A stretch of DNA of 64,000 nt, taken from positions 806,001 through 870,000 of the forward strand of contig LSRY02000036.1 in the NCBI GenBank assembly GCA_001643675.2, written 5' to 3'. How positions within the stretch are numbered: position 1 is the stretch's first letter; every line of letters starts with the position of its first letter. The stretch is from Monocercomonoides exilis PA203. Taxonomy: Eukaryota; Protista; Preaxostyla. The position numbers and the translations under genes are program-made. This document shows positions 36,301 to 45,060 of this stretch, piece after piece. The notes under the pieces were generated by a model. It saw only the letters and a list, made by a program, of their open reading frames with translations. It ran no database searches and was not told where the DNA came from.

Positions 36301-39300
36301 GCGATATGGGGATGCGCAGCAGACAATTATGGAGATGAAGAGGATCTGCTGAGGAGGGTGTTTGTGTTCAGGAATGAATTCATATTTGTATCTTCGATTA
36401 TGGGAAACAACAGCGACAGCAAGAACTGTGGGGAAATGAAGGGAGCATGTTCATCGCTGAATGTTGGGGTGAGCCACATCATCCCATCGGATTATTCGCA
36501 GCTGTATGTCTGGAATGAAACCAGATTAACTGGTTCGTGCTCAGCCGAGAAGGTGACGATCAAGTCGATGGAAGCGAACAGAAATGCTGAGATAAAAATC
36601 TGGGAGATTAATTTTGGAGGTGAAGGAGTTGTGACAACTTCGGAGTTTGCTCGATTGGAGAGAGTGAAATTTGTTTTTGAAGGAACGGGGAATATTGGCT
36701 GCTCGTGTTTGATACACCAATTGAATGGATCTCTTATTGTCGAATCTGTTTCATTCCTGTCAGAGAACAGATCAGAGGAGAATTCACAGATCCTTTTTGA
36801 TTGTTCTCTTATTGTTGTTGAAGATGGGCTGTTTGAAGCAGAAAAGTGCAGTGTTGGACATTTGAAATTCTCAAAACCTGTATTCGAGATTTTGAGTTCA
36901 GAAAGAGCAACATTTGAAGATTTGTCAGTCAGTGATGTGGAATGCAAGAGTTCAATGTTTGAATGTGGAAAGAGTGAAAACGTGGGAATTTCAAAATTGT
37001 CAGCCACAAATATCTCTTTGCAAGATAGAAGCCTCATCTCATTCGAAGCAATCAACTCTTCACTTGTTTTTTCATTGATGCAATCATCATTCTCAAACAT
37101 CATCAAAACAGCATCTGGATCCTGCATTATTTGCACAACTCAACCAATGACCGGCTTTGAGATGCTGAACTGCTCTTTTCGTGAATGCACATCAGAGTTG
37201 CAAAAAGGAAGCCAAGTGTCAGTGGCAAATGCAAACAAAATATTTCTTGACTCGTGTGTGTTTGTGGGAGATCTCGTTGGTTATTTCGAAAAGATGAATG
37301 TTGCAATGGATGAAATTTGCAGATGGAATGGGTCTGCAATTGATTTCTCGAGCAGTTCAGCTGTTATGAAAGACACAACAATCAGCAACTCCTCAAAGGG
37401 AGGGATGACTGTGAGAGGAGGATCTGTGACGATTGAGAAAGGAGAATTTTTGAACAATAATCCATTCATTGAAAATTATCCATCATTGAGAAGAAATATC
37501 ATCTGCTCAGATTCTGCTTCGCTGACCATTTCGAGCTTGAAGGGAGGAGATGGGGTGATGCCCAATTCTTCGCTGTGGATTCTGGATGATGGATGCAGCC
37601 TGGAAGGGATGGCAGGAGAAAGAGCATCTTCATTCTTCATTCCGGTGTTGGAAGGGGCTTCGACCAGCGAAAATGGAGGTGGAACAGAAATTCAATTCAA
37701 GGGGGTGCTTCTTCTGCCATGTGATTTGTCATTCCGACTGATTTTGTCAGCTGGAGATACAGACCTGATTGAGACATATCATTTTGCAGAAGATGGGTTT
37801 GTGAGTGAAGCGGAAGCAGTTGGGATGGTGCCTTCGAGAAATCTTTCGTCGATCCCAGATGAGACGGATGTGTCTGTGATGATTGTGTATGGAAAGCGGT
37901 TGTCTGCAACTGATGCATTTGTTCTGAAGAACAGAAGCGAGCCCAAGGCAAATGGGGATGAAAGGGTTGTTGAAGGAGGAAAAGAAGGGAAATCGATCTG
38001 GCCAATTATTGTTGTTATATTGGCTGTGATGTTTCTTATTGTTCTGATTATTTCTGTGATATTCATTGTTCGATGGAAGAAGGTTAAGAATGAAGCAGAA
38101 GATCTGAGAGAGATTGTGAATGATAACATCAGAAAAGATCCAAAGGCGTTTGAGATGGTGACGATGGAGATGTTGCCTGAGGAGCAGTGGAGGAGAGCAG
38201 AGAGGGAGGCAGAGAAGAAGAGCGATGAGAGAATCAAGAAGAGGGTGTATGTGAAAAGTTTGGGACATTCGGAGTCATCGGAGCATCTTCTGTCTGAGAG
38301 TGGATCGACTGAATACATATTGGGGAGAGACTCAGACAAGATTCCTCAATGGATGCTAGAGAAGGTTGATGAAGAAGAAGATGAGGAAACAAGAAAAAGA
38401 ACTCCATCGCCATCCATTTCATCCACTTCAACCACAGACACTTCAGATACAGAATCCACTTTTGTTCGTGGGGAGGATCTGTGCCCAACCACTTCATCGA
38501 TGTCGAATCTGGTGGATGCAATGGCCTGCTCATCTCCTCATGAGAAGCTGATTGTGGATCTGAGGGATTCGCTGTTCATGCTGCTTCATGGGAAGAACGA
38601 GAAGAAGGAGATGGCGATAGGCACTCTGAAGGAAAGAGAGCAGACAGCTGCCCAGGTCTTGTTCTGGGTGGCCAATCTCGCCCTCCACTCATTTTCCGAG
38701 ATGGACAACCCTCTTCAGTCACTTGTCAATCTGAGCCCACACATTGTGCTGTTCTCTGAGCACATGGTCATCTGCATTGTGATGCACTCCGACTTCTCAT
38801 CTGACGATGATTCGGATTCATCATCCATCTCCTCGTCAACTGTTGTAACATCTGCCAGCGATGATGATGATGATGATGATAGAGATTCTTTGCCCTCGTC
38901 TGCGTTTGAGGATGAGGATGACAATTTCAAGAAAGAGTGTCTGAGGTGGAAGGCGCCAGAGCTGCAGATGAACAAGAAGATGGGGGCAACAGAGAAGTCG
39001 GTGGCATTCTCGGTCGGGATGATGCTGTGGGAGTGCCTGACGCTCCAGATCCCGTTTGGGGAGTATGAGGCAGAGGCAGCTGGGCAGAAGATTGTGAATG
39101 GAGAAGTGCCGAATGTGGGGCTGGTGAAGGACACACCATATTTGGAGTTTTGGAGGCTGTGTGTCTCGTGGAATGAGGCAGACAGGCCTTCTCTGAGCGG
39201 GATGAAGCGAGAGCTGATTGGGCACTTTCCAGCTGGGGCAGTGATGGTGACGCTGACAGACGCAATCTGCGATTCTTTGCGAGAAGAAGAAGAAGAGGAA

Positions 39301-39396
39301 GAAGAAGAGGAAGAAGAGGGGATAGAAGAGGAAGAAGATGGGATGAGCGAATCAATAAGCAAAGAAGAAGGGAGGAAAAGCCGAAAATACTTGTGA
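30334..39396 (+). CDS. Giant intronless type-I membrane receptor: Cys/Gly-rich beta-helix (pectin-lyase/Pmp-like GGA/GGG..FxxC) ectodomain, TM, degenerate TKL-type kinase domain (copy A)
   Basis: 3020-aa ORF with a hydrophobic N-terminus, repeated 'GGG.Y/L', 'F..C' and 'CG...PC.T' modules, TM 'WPIIVVILAVMFLIVLIISVIFIV', and kinase C-lobe motifs 'LRWKAPE', 'SVAFSVGMMLWECLTLQIPF', 'DRPSL'. Confidence 0.9.
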   Translation: MFTVFFGLQVLSMVCGGNEGCVKNLNLVKHFGSNLLNCIHCNIASTIEIKCLLLNTSLKLQKVLISQDFCGCAFFIDDKSSLIAENAQLLKKSKISMSLFESDGTCVLLNVSLTRNNFCSYSESIVGMRNQCSSLLLKHCDWKNIAYKGSESFIRSGTGSFVSMLKCGCTNISENCLMNEKMKREDSITESHMEDSIVMSSMNVLEGGIASGTQGSGVFLCSNCTFYRNERRDWRIRNTDRLPTTETQTFKNAEWIECSAEYGGALYVHDNSSTTLTVENSSFVKCKATSTRGGGIYALNIGECTVKHSVFEECYCASSTDWGGAGVEISGISIQPFLENCLFEDCWSENDGGGLSIIASSSSITTDCILDCSFKNCSSHNITNGGGGGYDVINSQRFVLKNCLFQHCLSEHVGGGCCISLNENNGNVLCFCYFHNNSAPIGNDVATPNYNNNSQIFWCFSSGTDGNRYNAKGSDKSEWLPNNGGKCRFVSSKLTQSKAKDTYSCGLNESYACLTISHCLSQLIVGFVEEMKVLSGTVVEGKGVDIGEKTICLSGVSPSGSAIETKFEANGLSLFCVGAGELAVNDLFVVHNTSFENNRRSRLFEIQGRGLMDVKRMNISMDAAHSEERSIQNSLVKVDGGELKMQDVKWLQTFSTTSVISLSQEAAVSLSLDNCTFSNIVRTTAGSSLMSSGEGSFSITLEGCTIYGCGSEDSVFGGGMMVEAGNIGSLRMNGGFVKNCYASTIQGRGGGIGLKVKDTSADFLISSTFEGNRAKWGSDIFVDSIDLGTTATSGKITSLTASNSTINKIRGFHNGDETIPIPLCVYLIYLPEEIVASNVDAFDHSYCGYAEFPCLTLKHSLTRQEEEKKIVVDGMIAMEEELIFDSFKHTIKGNDENSGWKVIDDSDGSGEGMITVNTNMNLRTLIFSIPSILPNHEAFFSSSSQSFSLEDCSLTFQGSQSALSYVFLSTTAGEVSVSSLNVLHLTIGNFPLINLDESNAAGTFTSMNIEDISSTTNGVLFGVENGASFSIKDSTLSVKASSQTDLQSGSIQMISTNSAKLLKFTNNSISGFKGIEGNGGAIECTLGRDCSLEIVGGMMRECKVNGGNGGGLWVEMKEGSSFTVGNLTEADSAKTTSLNDENDFFGLTNCRAMQTAGGECGYGGGIYLHLDDEASSFILKEVLFSGCDAREGKEIFINANDHSSVMSRSSIGFGVDLNDFAKLDVFERSTLNETFAIPLVLYLWNNYSGCGFVGGGLLSHDFSKCGFEEFPCCTISKAASVHFEGKKKDVALLEPFVFEEELELTSNEWSIKGKVENIKCDVSDQKKGTQSGFIANAVFVSMTGIIFSLKRSLTFHESVFECCLGKLTLSKCGMEGGAEAISTVFVKAVGGIVEVIGFGCERGAKWGSSLFVVEGNAESVSSMNMAKSDFGEITFGDGCVVECHNGIINEMSGCSFSSIARSQGSGGCVSVSNNKDDEDRRDFKVEINDCSFEGCTITGEEGNEIGGGALFCEASSKTSLVVSGCKFYCCTAPYGEGSVGYVGGIMMNILKEEEEGKAGFVIYSPVFSSGKPNNAKYGKDLFVSSPSLINSIKNETLPFVKDRLEKLTEDSLRGYDGGNKECAIPLIYFWKGIGTNVVVARGGNNVVACGLLEYPCGSVDYGVKRGSDLGIESIVVQGTCDVWSEMSVSGMRLEGTDGESDKIQFVTEIEGNGNVVVECRGVVQFKEVGMMIPTVFDNGAGTLIQTGSNAIKTSIVGCSFHMKDDAEGELSFVLISASKGIVSIEKTNIVGFSTTHEIMSISTKCVVIMNNVIFEDITLSGKSAIATTESVISGRGNDDAEEVWNILFDKCTFMNVKHSASNNPSLLCCDAPNEVRLKMDNSTIDGCGSASSHEGGGVFFLLNEKGRLEMNHTNVTDCFCSNIGRGGGLFLKTQSVAKKTLPFVLSNITFRGNVASKGRDVFVKCTDLDTQISEWQFLINFGEPFVKELAIWGCAADNYGDEEDLLRRVFVFRNEFIFVSSIMGNNSDSKNCGEMKGACSSLNVGVSHIIPSDYSQLYVWNETRLTGSCSAEKVTIKSMEANRNAEIKIWEINFGGEGVVTTSEFARLERVKFVFEGTGNIGCSCLIHQLNGSLIVESVSFLSENRSEENSQILFDCSLIVVEDGLFEAEKCSVGHLKFSKPVFEILSSERATFEDLSVSDVECKSSMFECGKSENVGISKLSATNISLQDRSLISFEAINSSLVFSLMQSSFSNIIKTASGSCIICTTQPMTGFEMLNCSFRECTSELQKGSQVSVANANKIFLDSCVFVGDLVGYFEKMNVAMDEICRWNGSAIDFSSSSAVMKDTTISNSSKGGMTVRGGSVTIEKGEFLNNNPFIENYPSLRRNIICSDSASLTISSLKGGDGVMPNSSLWILDDGCSLEGMAGERASSFFIPVLEGASTSENGGGTEIQFKGVLLLPCDLSFRLILSAGDTDLIETYHFAEDGFVSEAEAVGMVPSRNLSSIPDETDVSVMIVYGKRLSATDAFVLKNRSEPKANGDERVVEGGKEGKSIWPIIVVILAVMFLIVLIISVIFIVRWKKVKNEAEDLREIVNDNIRKDPKAFEMVTMEMLPEEQWRRAEREAEKKSDERIKKRVYVKSLGHSESSEHLLSESGSTEYILGRDSDKIPQWMLEKVDEEEDEETRKRTPSPSISSTSTTDTSDTESTFVRGEDLCPTTSSMSNLVDAMACSSPHEKLIVDLRDSLFMLLHGKNEKKEMAIGTLKEREQTAAQVLFWVANLALHSFSEMDNPLQSLVNLSPHIVLFSEHMVICIVMHSDFSSDDDSDSSSISSSTVVTSASDDDDDDDRDSLPSSAFEDEDDNFKKECLRWKAPELQMNKKMGATEKSVAFSVGMMLWECLTLQIPFGEYEAEAAGQKIVNGEVPNVGLVKDTPYLEFWRLCVSWNEADRPSLSGMKRELIGHFPAGAVMVTLTDAICDSLREEEEEEEEEEEEGIEEEEDGMSESISKEEGRKSRKYL

Positions 39397-39753
39397 TGAT
39401 GGTCGTATTGGTTTTCATTCTTTTGAGAAGGGCTTTCTTTGCTTTCTTCTTTGAGTATTATTCGTTGAATGAGAAGTGGAGAGCAGAACGTGAATTTTCC
39501 CAGTGAGTTCAGTCTGCTTTCCATTTTTCGATTTTCTTCGAATCAGAATCAAAATGTTTCAAAAACAAATTTTTATTTATTATCATTTGGACTTTTGTTT
39601 TCAATTTTTTGTGGAAGAGGCGTGTGTTTTATGGTGCTTTTAGCATCACCATTTTATTCGGTTAATAACAACGCAAAGCAAATTCAAATCAAGTTGAACA
39701 TTAAAACGAGTTTATTTATTCATTGAACGAATTCAAAATACAAAGCATATACC

Positions 39754-40013
39754 AATATATATGTGTCTAAATTTTTTTTGAAAGTTCCTTTTGTTTAATT
39801 TACAAATAGAATAAAAATTTCATATTTCGATCAAATATCTGTTCCCATTCACCAAATTCAGCTATCATAAAAACAAAATTTTGACAATGTTATTATTTCC
39901 ATTTTTGTGAATTTTCATGATTAGGAACAGAAATTTGATCGAAATATGAGATTCTTATTGCATTTGAAAATTAAACAAAAGGAACTTTTCAAAAAAATTT
40001 AGACATATGTATT
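39754..40013. mobile_element. MITE-like element with ~105-bp imperfect inverted repeats
   Basis: ATATGTGTCTAAATTTTTTTTGAAAGTTCCTTTTGTTTAATTT...CATATTTCGATCAAATATCTGTTCC is mirrored by GGAACAGAAATTTGATCGAAATATG...AAATTAAACAAAAGGAACTTTTCAAAAAAATTTAGACATAT. Confidence 0.8.
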
Positions 40014-40330
40014 AAAGAAAAAAGGAATTTGTATTATTTCTTTCATTATTCGATTTTGTTTGAAATTTTCACAGTGACAAATTGAAGATACAGTCAAAAC
40101 AGAAAATAATCTCAATAAAAACAATCAACATCTGATGTTGATTCTTTTTCATATCATTTCTTTGTTCAAAGAAATATCATTTTTTTATAATTTAGGTGAG
40201 AAAAGTTAACAGTTGAATTGAATGTTTATAAATGAATGGAAAAAGAATCTTTATAGAATCATAAATAAAATAAAGTCAGTATGAGATAATTAATGAGATA
40301 CCATAATAACATTAATTAATAGAGTTATAA

Positions 40331-40333
<3 letters not shown>

Positions 40334-40370
<37 letters not shown>
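40334..40370 (+). repeat. Poly(A) tract (37 nt)
   Basis: Directly visible homopolymer. Confidence 0.95.
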
Positions 40371-40373
<3 letters not shown>

Positions 40374-40776
40374 ATATTGCATGACATCTCACTTCAAGCA
40401 CAGTTATTGATTGCTATGAATTAACAATTGAGTAGATTTTATGTTACCACTTATTTAATGCTTTTAAATAACTATCATCTGAAAAAAAATGAAAAAAGTT
40501 ATTTTTTGAAATTTGATTTGTAATTGAAAGTTTTTTATTTTGGAAGATGCGTTTTATAGACTTTTTGACTATGAACAACAATCTATACACGATTTTGAAC
40601 GATTTGAAAATTTTCAGAAAAAAGAGTCAAAAGTGAATTAAGAATTATCGAAATGAATAAAAACCTGGAGTAATTTATAGAAAAAAGATGTGTATTTTAA
40701 AAGGAGTTGATTATCTTTTAGAAAGATTAAAAAAAAAAGAAAAGTTCAAAGAATGAATTGTTATTTTGGGAGAATA

Positions 40777-41620
40777 GGGTGATTCATCAACCAAAACATT
40801 ATTTGAATTACGGTTGAAATAAAAAAACAATTTTTTTCAAACAATCATATGTGTGATAAATTTTTAAATCATAACTATTTTCGGTATGTTTATTCTTCAA
40901 AGGTTTAATTTTTTTGAAGAAGATTTATTCATTCAAAAGAAAAAACACGACAATTGTTTCAAAAGACAATGTTTGAGATTCAATTCAAGAAAAAATTATC
41001 TTCAAGAGGAGGAACGACTTTTTTTTGTTCATTTATCTGAATTCAAAGTGAATTCTCAAACAGAAAAATTTAACAGACAAATTAAAAAATCAAAAATATC
41101 ACCCACATGTTTATAAACAACGATGCAAATTGCTGCAAATTAATATTGAATTTTTGTTGTGATGATAGTTTTTTTATTAAGTCCGGATAAAAAAACCTCC
41201 CTTAACCATTATTCAAATTGCGCTCAAATACAAGAAAAGATATGAAGTATTTGCAAAATGTTCAAAATAATCATATTTCTCTGGTCATTCACTAGTATAA
41301 AACAACTAACATGAATCTGAATTTTTGAATAGTTTTGAAAATTTTGAAGATGGGTGATTATTTTTGATATCATATTTTTCCATTTAAAATATTCGGTTTG
41401 AAAAAACTCCCTTGAATATCAACAAAAGAATACTGAAAAGTGAAAAGGTTAATAAGAAAAATTCTCATCTTTATTTTAGCTGATTCACTCATTCTTAAAA
41501 CATTTGTGATAATTTAACAATTCAAACACAAAGTCTCTTCCCAATTACAAACAACGTTTGATATATCGATACCCCAAAAAAAGTTATGATTACAAAAATA
41601 ATCACCCAGATTATCAAAAT
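40777..41620. mobile_element. Cluster of decayed GGGTGAT-terminated TIR element remnants
   Basis: TA|GGGTGATTCATCAACCAAAACATT..CGGTT at 40777 resembles the 27080 terminus. ATCACCC occurs at ~41098-41104. An imperfect IR pair runs from GGGTGATTATTTTTTGATATCATA (41352) to TATGATTACAAAAATAATCACCC (~41608). Confidence 0.5.
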
Positions 41621-42068
41621 TTCGATCTTGAATAAAGATTAAAAAATTCGTTTGAATATTTTTCGATTTTTCTTTAAAGTTTTCCGATTGAGAACAATTT
41701 TTTGTGTATTTTTAGAAGATTTTTTCAGACAAGAGAAATAACAGGATTTGAAAGAAAGTAAACTTTAAATCACCATGAAGTGATGTCTTTTGTTTACCAT
41801 CAAAGTAAATCGTTGGAAAATACTGAAGTGCGTCTCAAATCAACAAGCAATAAAATTAACAAACAAATACAAATTGAATGCAGAGATACAAAAATGAAAA
41901 AATATCAAGCAATAAAATATCTTTAATTATTATTCTGAAAAAATGAAAAGTTGTACCAAAAAATAAGAAGGAATCAAAATACAATGGCATGACGTTCATT
42001 TCAATTGTTGCATGGTATTTGTTCAGTCATCCACACAGCAGCCGAACAATCAAAGCAATCACTCAAAC

Positions 42069-43628
42069 TTAGTAATCCCCTTTCATCCATTCCGGAACCT
42101 CGCTCTCAACATAGTTCTTCCAAAATGTCTTCATCGTCCACCCTTCCTTGTTGCTGATGTTTGCATCGTGCCTCATCCACTCCGGCGGTTCGCTCTTAAC
42201 ATTCGCAATCCACAGCATCGCCATCGTCCTCCCGCTCTTGTCCACTTGTGTAGTTCTGTGCCTCATCCACTCTGGCGGTGCTGTCTTCACCCACGTAATC
42301 CAGTGCATAGCCATCGTCATTCCATTCTGGTCAATAAACACTGCCTCGTGTCTCATCCACTCTGGCGGATCTGTTTGAACATCCCCAATCCAATGCATCG
42401 CCATCGTCCATCCGTTCTCATCCCCAACCGTAACCTCGTGCCGCATCCACTCTGGTGGTTCTGATTTGACGTGTCTGATCCAGTGCATCGCCATTGTCCA
42501 CCCGTCCTTGTCCACTTGCATTCCCCTGTGCCTCATCCACTCCGGCGGTTCTGTTTTCACATTCACAATCCATATCATCGCCATCGTTCTCCCATATATG
42601 TCCCCACGCCCCACATCGTGCCTCATCCATTCCGGAGGTTCGCTCTTCGCATTCTCTATCCACAGCATTGCCATTGTTCTTCCTTCCTCGTCTCCCTCTG
42701 TCGCCTCGTGCCTCATTTCCTCTGAAGGCTCTGCTTTTTTTTCAACAATCCAGTTCATCGCCTCTGTTCTTCTATTTCTGTCAAAAACTTTCGCTTCGTC
42801 CTTTCCTCCTTCCAAACTTTCGCATTTTCTCTCATTTTCACAGCTCGATCCCTCTCTTCTCTTTTCTTTATCGTGAGGTGCTTTGTCCGCCTTCATCCAT
42901 TCTGGTGGATCTGTTTTGATGTGCTTTATCCACAGCATGTCCATCGTCCAGCCATCATTGTTCGCAAGTGCGGGATCATGTCTCATCCATTCTGGTGGCT
43001 TTGTTTTCACATTTTTAATCCAGATCATCGCCATCGTCCATCCGTCCTTGTTGCGCAGGGTGATGTCATGTCTCATCCATCCCAGAACATCCGTTTTAAC
43101 TTTACTTATCCACAGCATTGCCATCGTCCAGCCATCATTGTCTGCAAGTGCAGGGTCGTGCCTCATCCATTCCGGTGGAGTATTTTCTTTCAAAATAATC
43201 CAATTCATTGCCATTGTTCTTCCCCAAATATCTTTAAGAGTATTATCATGCTTCATCCATTCTGGTGGTTCTGTTTGAACATGATAAGACCACAACATAG
43301 CCATTGTCCATCCGTTATTGTTGCAAAGTGTGATATCGTGTCTCATCCAAATTGGTGGTTCTGTCCTCACATGACTTATCCATAGCATCGCCATTGTCCG
43401 TCCGCCATTGCCGCCAAGTGTGATATCGTGCCTCATCCATTCCGGTGGTTCTGTCTTCACATTCTCTATCCATTTCATAGCCATTGTACTTCCATCATCA
43501 CCTCCGATTGTTATATCATGTCTCATCCACTTTGGAGGCTCTGTTTTGTTCTTCCTGATCCAATTAATTGCCTTTGTATCTCCTAAAAAGTCTTTCTCAG
43601 GATTTAAAGAACCCGCTTCATTTCCCAT
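42069..43628 (-). CDS. Tandem 30-aa repeat protein (PPEWMRHD-x4-D-x2-G-x-TMAM-x-WI-x2-VKTE), 16 repeats in two blocks of 8; remote ankyrin-like
   Basis: 519-aa intronless ORF. A 90-nt periodicity is visible in the DNA (recurrent CTCATCCAyTCyGG on the + strand). The two blocks are separated by a charged linker. Confidence 0.85.
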   Translation of the reverse strand: MGNEAGSLNPEKDFLGDTKAINWIRKNKTEPPKWMRHDITIGGDDGSTMAMKWIENVKTEPPEWMRHDITLGGNGGRTMAMLWISHVRTEPPIWMRHDITLCNNNGWTMAMLWSYHVQTEPPEWMKHDNTLKDIWGRTMAMNWIILKENTPPEWMRHDPALADNDGWTMAMLWISKVKTDVLGWMRHDITLRNKDGWTMAMIWIKNVKTKPPEWMRHDPALANNDGWTMDMLWIKHIKTDPPEWMKADKAPHDKEKRREGSSCENERKCESLEGGKDEAKVFDRNRRTEAMNWIVEKKAEPSEEMRHEATEGDEEGRTMAMLWIENAKSEPPEWMRHDVGRGDIYGRTMAMIWIVNVKTEPPEWMRHRGMQVDKDGWTMAMHWIRHVKSEPPEWMRHEVTVGDENGWTMAMHWIGDVQTDPPEWMRHEAVFIDQNGMTMAMHWITWVKTAPPEWMRHRTTQVDKSGRTMAMLWIANVKSEPPEWMRHDANISNKEGWTMKTFWKNYVESEVPEWMKGDY

Positions 43629-44267
43629 TTCCTTATTATTTTAGGTGGACTGCAATTGCTTGTTGCTTGCAAACAAGCGATTCAACAAATATGTTTGATC
43701 TTTCAAAAATTCTGTTTCGTTATGGGTTGACACCAGTATTTCGATATTTTAATCGAACATTTCGAGATTCATTTTATACAATGAGAAAAAGAAAAATTTA
43801 TGGAAATGAAATTTTTATTTCAAATAATCTGTGTTTATTCAAGATTTCCCAGTTCATTTGAACATAAAATATTTTTATTTAGAAAAAGAGTTATTAAATT
43901 CCAATTAATCATTTTTCAAAAATTTGAAAACCTCTTTTGAAGAAAGAAGTATGGAAAAACCATGAATGGTTCAACACAATCACTTTATATAATCGAAAAA
44001 GAAATAATTCGAAATTTTTGTCTATCTGTGATGGTCTCCAGTTTAAAAAAAATTGATTGTCAGAAATTTTCCACTGAAGGAGATGGGATATAAAAGAATT
44101 GCGTGGTATGCAGCATTTGAAAGAAAATATTAACAAAAATGCGAGCAGATGAGACGGAATGTGAAATTTGAAGAAGTAATAAAAAACAAAAAAAAAAAAA
44201 GAAAAATTGAATTAGATAAATCTAAAATAAAAGCACTTATCATAGATGAGATATATTTATCTAAATA

Positions 44268-44705
44268 TTCAATATTTCAGGATCTGCCTGTGTCAGAACA
44301 ATAAATAAAAATATGGAACGCGCTTGTGTGCTTGAGTGTTTATTCACTTCATGCTCGCCGACAGGTCAATATGGCGGAGGGATGTATTGCTCATATGTTC
44401 CATCTGCACTCAAAATGAGGTGCCTCCAGTTCATCTCGTGCAACGCAACATCAACTGGCGGAGGATTGGATTTTAATCCAAGTTAATCAGAAGCTCCAAG
44501 CGACAATCATTATTGCTGTTTCTTCTTCTTCCACGATTGCAGATGCACAACCACTTCCACTCCATATGGCCACGATGTGTATTTTGAAGATCGATACAAT
44601 CTCTTCTCATCGAACAACCCGTTCTATGAGTCTTATACAACAAATACTAATGATAAAAGAGAGTGCTATTGGGTAAATGGAGCATATCCACATACAGAAA
44701 AGAAA
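44268..44705 (+). pseudogene. Orphan fragment of a beta-helix receptor ectodomain module
   Basis: Translates ..ACVLECLFTSCSPTGQYGGGMYC...FISCNATSTGGGLDF..*..CCFFFFHDCRCTTTSTPYGHDVYF...FYESYTTNTNDKRECY...HTEKK. In-frame TAA at 44484; no signal peptide or TM context. Confidence 0.7.
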
Positions 44706-44778
44706 ATTCTTCTTCTCCTTTCTTCTTCTTCTCCTTTCTTCTTCTTCTCCTTTCTTCTTCTTCCTCCTCTTCTTCCTC

Positions 44779-44823
<45 letters not shown>

Positions 44824-45060
44824 TTCTTCTTCTTCTTCTTCTTCTTCTAAACCTTCTTCTTCTTCTTCTTCTTCTTCCTCCTCCTCCTCCTCCTCCTCCT
44901 CCTCCTCCTCATTCATCTTCTCATTTTTTATTTGTCTTCATCTGTTGACAATATGTCTTTCCTTCACCTTTCCTTCAATAAAATATTTCATTCATCTTCC
45001 GCCTTCTTTCTCTTCGTCTTTCTCCTCTTTCTCCTCTTTCTCCTTCTCCTCTTCTTCTCC
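44706..45060. repeat. Compound trinucleotide microsatellite (TCT/CAT/CCT), reading as poly-Glu/Asp on the minus strand
   Basis: (CAT) x~14 at 44781-44823, (CCT) run at ~44877-44910, flanked by TCT runs. Confidence 0.9.

Noticed and set aside
42100-43560. Regular 90-nt repeats with variable interiors resembling a CRISPR array
   Set aside because: The periodicity is a multiple of 3 within an open frame, variation is codon-structured, the context is eukaryotic and there are no cas genes: it is a protein repeat.
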